64,000 nucleotides of DNA from Bacteroidota bacterium. GTDB lineage: Bacteria > Bacteroidota > Bacteroidia > Chitinophagales > BACL12. Positions 59,541 to 64,000 of the stretch are shown piece by piece. The notes below the pieces were generated by a model, which was given only the letters and a program-made list of their open reading frames with translations, searched no databases and was not told the DNA's origin. A program made the position numbers and the translations under genes. Every line of letters begins with the position of its first letter. The stretch's first letter is position 1. The stretch is from the NCBI GenBank assembly GCA_031372705.1, contig JANMLV010000048.1, forward strand, positions 1,417 through 65,416, read 5' to 3'.

Positions 59541-59947
59541 TTATAAATTATTAAATCGCCCAAGTCTATAGATGCATTTTTGCTATCGATGTTCACAGTT
59601 TCAATAACTGCAGTTTCCGGAGGGTCTACGGCAAAGTTTACAATGGCGGCAGAATCTACAGAATAGGTATAAACGGTATATTCACCGGGATACAAATAAT
59701 TAAATTCAAATTCACCTTTGTAGTTTGTTTTTAGTCTGGTGCCATAATTTACGTCATCTCCAAAAACGAGATATACATAAGTATCGGGCACATAATATTC
59801 GCTCAATAACACGGTGAATGTGGAATTGTAATGTTTTGCATAAACTTTTCCACTGATACTTGCTTCGCCGCCAATGCCGGGCTCTTTGGCACATGAAGAT
59901 GCCAGTATTGCAAATGCAAGCAAACACAAAGCAAATGCTCTATGCAT
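59537..59947 (-). CDS. lipoprotein with a carboxypeptidase-regulatory-like (transthyretin-like) beta-sandwich
   Basis: MHRAFALCLLAFAILASSC lipobox; ISGKVY........V.L......T...G.F.F..L.PGEYTV pattern. Confidence 0.55.
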   Translation of the reverse strand: MHRAFALCLLAFAILASSCAKEPGIGGEASISGKVYAKHYNSTFTVLLSEYYVPDTYVYLVFGDDVNYGTRLKTNYKGEFEFNYLYPGEYTVYTYSVDSAAIVNFAVDPPETAVIETVNIDSKNASIDLGDLIIYK

Positions 59948-61610
59948 GTTTCGATTGAAGTGTAATATGGTTGTCATAGTGTAAATCAAATTTATGGTTG
60001 TCTGCTATAATGAAAGTGTGTTTACCTTTCATTTGCTCAATTTTTGCAATTACTTTATTTCTTGCAGCATCGTCTAAATCATTAAAAGGTTCATCCATTA
60101 GAATGGTTTTTTTACCTGTTAACAGTGCTCTTGCAATGTTTAATAGTTTGCGTTCTCCTGCTGATAGATTTCTGCCGCCATCCGCCACTTGATGATCTAG
60201 TATATTATGGTTGTTGCTATTGCAATATCCAATAGCAATTAATAATTCCAATGCTGATTTTCTTTTTTTATCTTTTCTGCTATATGATATTACCTCAAAC
60301 ACGCTTCTGCCAATTAATGGTAAATTGTCGCTCACCAAGGCTATGTTTTTGCGCAAGGTATGCTTCGATAGGTTTTCGATATTATTGCCATCTAACATTA
60401 TTTTCCCTGAACGAACCGAATATAAGCCGGTCAACAGTTTAAATAGTGTTGTTTTTCCACTTCCGCGGTCGCCATCAATTAAGGTGGTAGTTCCGGCTTC
60501 AATATTTAAATTCAGTTTGTTAAAAACTGCTGTTTCATTGTAACCAAATTCAACATCATTAAGTATGAAGTTCCCATCTAATGGCATGGCTTCATCATCT
60601 TTTTCCTTATTTTCTTCAGGGGCATTAAGTAAATCAATTAATTTAGTAAATGATACGGAACCCGATATCCAAATAATATTTACTTTTAGTATCCTGCGGA
60701 AAACAGGAATGATGCTCAACACCAACATAATAAATGTAATTAATGATGAGCCGTCCATTCCGGTTGTGCCTTTGCTGAACCCTAAATACGCCACCCAAAG
60801 CATCGCCAATAATGCTGCGTATAATAAGTAGGGATACAATGCCTGCATAAATGAGTAGGATAAATAATATTTTTTACCCTGGGTATACAGCTCATCAGAA
60901 CGCTTATTGTATTTTTCTGATTCAATGGATTCGCGATTAAATATTTTTATCGTTAACATACCCTTTAATCGAGTAGTTACAAAAGCTAAATTTCGGGAGC
61001 GCAAATTGCGTCGCACTCTTGTGAGTGATTTCATTTTTTTATTCATTAAAAAATTAATAATGAATAAAACCGGTAATACTGTTAATAATACAATTGTTAA
61101 ATTAAAGTTGAGTACAGAGAGTAAGCCCAGTGCAACTATAATAAAAAGACAATCATACATAAATTGAATCATGCCTTTAGTTAAGTAATCTTGCACAGCT
61201 TTTAAATCGCCACTGTAGCGTAATAAGTAGGCTCCTGTGTCGCGCGCCTCAAAAGTATGAAGACTCGTGAAAAGTTGTTTTTGGAACAACTGTTTACGAA
61301 TACTATTCGAAAAGGCCTCACCGGATAAACCTGTAAAGTATTTTTCAAAAAAATTGAAAACAAAACGAACTGATAAAAACAGTGCAAACACTTGAAAAAA
61401 TAGTACAATATCAGAGATATGGCCAAACACTGTTTCGAAAATGTGACCTCTAGTAGAACCGGAGTGTAACGCTAAGTTGTAAAATTGGCCGATAAATAAA
61501 GGGATTACCACCGAGCACAATGTACTTAGCAAGCCAAATACAAATGCGCCGGCAATAATTCCCTTCTTCTTAACCGCAAACGATCGCAGTACATCAAACT
61601 TATTAAGCAT
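59940..61610 (-). CDS. ABC exporter half-transporter (TMD-NBD) with non-canonical NBD motifs
   Basis: Six-helix TMD, then an NBD with Walker A GDRGSGKTT, signature LSAGER, Walker B ILMDEPFNDLD. The start is taken at MLNKFDVL, 2 nt after the upstream stop. Confidence 0.8.
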   Translation of the reverse strand: MLNKFDVLRSFAVKKKGIIAGAFVFGLLSTLCSVVIPLFIGQFYNLALHSGSTRGHIFETVFGHISDIVLFFQVFALFLSVRFVFNFFEKYFTGLSGEAFSNSIRKQLFQKQLFTSLHTFEARDTGAYLLRYSGDLKAVQDYLTKGMIQFMYDCLFIIVALGLLSVLNFNLTIVLLTVLPVLFIINFLMNKKMKSLTRVRRNLRSRNLAFVTTRLKGMLTIKIFNRESIESEKYNKRSDELYTQGKKYYLSYSFMQALYPYLLYAALLAMLWVAYLGFSKGTTGMDGSSLITFIMLVLSIIPVFRRILKVNIIWISGSVSFTKLIDLLNAPEENKEKDDEAMPLDGNFILNDVEFGYNETAVFNKLNLNIEAGTTTLIDGDRGSGKTTLFKLLTGLYSVRSGKIMLDGNNIENLSKHTLRKNIALVSDNLPLIGRSVFEVISYSRKDKKRKSALELLIAIGYCNSNNHNILDHQVADGGRNLSAGERKLLNIARALLTGKKTILMDEPFNDLDDAARNKVIAKIEQMKGKHTFIIADNHKFDLHYDNHITLQSKHA

Positions 61611-62649
61611 GATGTACAAATACTTTTTGTTCGTCAAATAAATGAACGTATTCACCATTGCTTAATTGATCAATATCAAGCGTTGGAATTTCAGTTTTTG
61701 CTTTTACTTCTTGAATTAATAGCGGACTCATTGTGAATTTTCCACAAATTACAGCAGGCGTTACACCAAATTGCTCTAACAATTGTAAGCCGTAGAATAC
61801 ACCCAAACTATCGCCACATGAAAATACCATGCTGTGTACTGTCGACATAAATGCTGTGTCGCGCAATAGGAAATCTGTTTCGCGCTCTAATAAACCATCG
61901 GCAATTTCCATTACAATATAATCTGGATTTTCAGGTTCAAGCATGTTTAATAATGTTTGATATAAATCTAAAATCTCAGTTTTGCTGCACATGTATGTAG
62001 AAGGAAATCCACCATCTGTAAAATCAATTGCAACATCTGCACCGCAGTCGTAAACAAAATCTTTATCTTTTGTGAAGCTGGTTCCGGTAAGTTTTATAAA
62101 TGCTACTTTTTTTCCTGTGGTTTTTAATCCTCTTGCTAAATATGCCGCAGAAGTAGTTTTGCCACTATCCATAGATGAACCTACCGATAAAATTAATTTT
62201 GCATTATTCGGTATGTGTCCTGAAAATGGAATGCGGTTGGTATGATAAAATTTGGTATTAATTACTTTTCCGTCAACGCCAATTGCGTAACCAATTAATC
62301 GAATTTTAGTAGGCTCCACTTCATCTAATGCAGCATTTTTTGATTTTACAATACCTATTGCTCCACCTGCGCCTAAAATATCAAGAATTTCGGTAGGTAC
62401 TTCCGGAGTATAACCTTCAAATTGTGAAGTAGCATACCTGTTAGCGAAAGCTGCCATAATAATATCGCCTTCAAAAATGGCTGTAATGCGTTTTGTTTCT
62501 GATTGAATTGATTGGTGTTTGCCAATTTCCAATACTTCAAACAAAGCCACATCTCCATCTTTTGGAGTGTAAGTGCCGTTAATTGTGCTGTCAATTGAGT
62601 AATTTGTTACTTCTTTGCAGATAATTGATTTTTTGATTCGAGTGTTCAT
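61603..62649 (-). CDS. uncharacterised P-loop protein (BioD/DUF1611-like C-terminal domain, unknown N-terminal domain)
   Basis: 348 aa. P-loop LILSVGSSMDSGKTTSAAYLARGL, then KLTGTSF, DVAIDFTDGG and ENPDYIVMEIADGLL. In order and spacing these recall the DUF1611 (DgcN-like) / dethiobiotin-synthase fold, from memory only. Confidence 0.5.
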   Translation of the reverse strand: MNTRIKKSIICKEVTNYSIDSTINGTYTPKDGDVALFEVLEIGKHQSIQSETKRITAIFEGDIIMAAFANRYATSQFEGYTPEVPTEILDILGAGGAIGIVKSKNAALDEVEPTKIRLIGYAIGVDGKVINTKFYHTNRIPFSGHIPNNAKLILSVGSSMDSGKTTSAAYLARGLKTTGKKVAFIKLTGTSFTKDKDFVYDCGADVAIDFTDGGFPSTYMCSKTEILDLYQTLLNMLEPENPDYIVMEIADGLLERETDFLLRDTAFMSTVHSMVFSCGDSLGVFYGLQLLEQFGVTPAVICGKFTMSPLLIQEVKAKTEIPTLDIDQLSNGEYVHLFDEQKVFVHHA

Positions 62650-62676
62650 ACAATTTTGTTTTATCGGTTAAATAAA

Positions 62677-64000
62677 TTAATTTAAAATAATAGTATTGTT
62701 TGTTATTATTTGATTTTCGTGAATGATGTTAATCAAGTATATACCTTCAGCTAATGTTGAACAATTAACAGGAAGTATTAACCCTGTAGTTGTATATATT
62801 TTGCTTACCATGCGACCACTTACATCAGTAATTGTAGCTACTACTTTACTGCCTACCGGAATTTCGAGAGTAGTTAAATCTATATTGAATTGCGCGCTTG
62901 CAGGATTTGGATAAATATTGATATCAGTTAATACTGCAGCATTATTGTTAATTGACTCAGGTGAAGTACCGTATAATATGGTAACTATATCGCGTTGCGA
63001 TGTTGCTCCATAACTTCCACCTGCCACATAAATTTCATTTTCAAATGCAATTACCGTATTTGCAACATCCGAAGCATTGCCCGTTCCGTTATATACTTCA
63101 GTTTCGGCAACAGTTCCTTCCGGCGAATATTTTAAAGTGATGTAATCGTAATTTGCAGCACCTGCAGTTCCATTATCTGTTTGACCGGTTATTATAATAT
63201 TATTGTTTACGTCGACAGTTGCTTCACTTGCATCGTCGTTTAGTGCATTGGTGTAAGTGGCATCCCATAATTGGTTACCGTCAATATCAAACTTTACAAC
63301 GGTTATATCGCCATTTAGTGTTGCGGCGATGGTATCGGGAGAAGTTGTTACACCAATGATAATATTATTTTCATTATCTAAACTTATGCTTTTAGCTTCG
63401 TCATTTCCATTAGCACCACTATCGTATAATTCTGACCATGATAAACTTCCTGCAGCAGTGTATGCTAATACAGTAGCATCTAGATCGCCTGTTGAAGTAG
63501 TTGAATTGCCACTCACATAAATATTTTCATCGGCATCAATTGTTATAGCCACAACTTCATCATCACCAAAATTACCGTCAAATATTTTCACCCATTGCTG
63601 AACACCTGCTGAATTGTATTTTAAAACAACCATGTCCATGTCGCTACCGTTAAATGTTTTTCCGGCTACATAAATGTTACCCGCGTCAGAAATTTGAATT
63701 GCTTTCGCATTGTCAATTCCATTGCCGGTACCATTATATCTTTTTTCCCATAATAAAATGCCGGCAGAAGAATATTTTAAAGTTAAAATGTCATCATTTG
63801 AAATAATGCCTGCATCTTGATCACTTCTTCCTGTTACATAAACATTGTTCGTAGCGTCTATAGCAATTCCTATGGCTTTATCAGTTTCATTAGCCACATC
63901 GTAGTTATACTGCTGTGCCCATAGTGAATCACCGTCGGAATTATATTTTACAACCATCATATCATAACCGGTGCCACTGTTTTTTACGAATCCTGCTGCG
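62677..64000 (-). CDS. SBBP-repeat protein with a T9SS sorting domain, C-terminal part; the 5' end lies beyond the window end
   Basis: Same repeat pattern as 52296-55451 (D.A..I..D..NN.YVTG.......D..T.KY...G...W). C-terminal INIYPNPASAQFNIDL...GIYLINI. The reading frame stays open upstream of the track's first M up to position 64000. Confidence 0.8.
   Translation of the reverse strand, partial: AAGFVKNSGTGYDMMVVKYNSDGDSLWAQQYNYDVANETDKAIGIAIDATNNVYVTGRSDQDAGIISNDDILTLKYSSAGILLWEKRYNGTGNGIDNAKAIQISDAGNIYVAGKTFNGSDMDMVVLKYNSAGVQQWVKIFDGNFGDDEVVAITIDADENIYVSGNSTTSTGDLDATVLAYTAAGSLSWSELYDSGANGNDEAKSISLDNENNIIIGVTTSPDTIAATLNGDITVVKFDIDGNQLWDATYTNALNDDASEATVDVNNNIIITGQTDNGTAGAANYDYITLKYSPEGTVAETEVYNGTGNASDVANTVIAFENEIYVAGGSYGATSQRDIVTILYGTSPESINNNAAVLTDINIYPNPASAQFNIDLTTLEIPVGSKVVATITDVSGRMVSKIYTTTGLILPVNCSTLAEGIYLINIIHENQIITNNTIILN

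Noticed and set aside
60211-61167. Several 60-110-aa plus-strand ORFs opposite the ABC transporter gene, considered as possible small precursor-peptide genes
   Set aside because: They are antisense to the transporter and hydrophobic or low-complexity. No leader- or core-peptide-like features or Gly-Gly motifs were seen.

Overview
This is a dense chromosomal segment from a visibly AT-rich genome of Bacteroidota type. Supporting signs are T9SS-type C-terminal sorting domains on six proteins, many lipobox lipoproteins, TAnnTTTG-like -7 boxes close to start codons, and no obvious Shine-Dalgarno sites. I call about 56 protein genes. Most are core functions: glyA, hflX, comF, hppD-hmgA with a TetR regulator, SulP plus beta-carbonic anhydrase, a tryptophanase-family lyase, radA, a HerA-like ATPase, tatC, rpiB, meaB, a trans-sulfuration PLP enzyme, dgkA, thiL, an acyl-CoA synthetase, methylmalonyl-CoA epimerase and iscS-iscU-iscA. 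These are interleaved with exported or cell-surface proteins: LTD-CotH, MORN, M28 and M61 peptidases, TPM proteins, a Tat-lipoprotein amine oxidase and SBBP-repeat giants. I recognised no rRNA, tRNA, CRISPR, transposase, integrase or phage genes. The items most worth a second look are: (1) A translationally coupled seven-gene minus-strand operon (56336-62649). It joins an orphan BioD/DUF1611-like P-loop protein, an ABC half-transporter with degenerate ATPase motifs, three lipoproteins (one an isoaspartyl peptidase), a signal-peptide DUF2490-like barrel and a frameshifted signal-peptide repeat protein. It is bracketed by SBBP/T9SS genes. (2) Three tandem paralogous T9SS cargo genes of unknown function (40106-44184) with an SGNH-like motif pattern. 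(3) Unusual non-coding DNA: exactly 10-bp-phased decamer arrays in two oversized tail-to-tail spacers, a 3 x 128-bp tandem repeat between radA and the lyase gene, and a GC-rich structured spacer before rpiB. All functional calls rest on motif recognition by eye. No database search, folding or statistics could be run, and start codons are often uncertain by a few codons.
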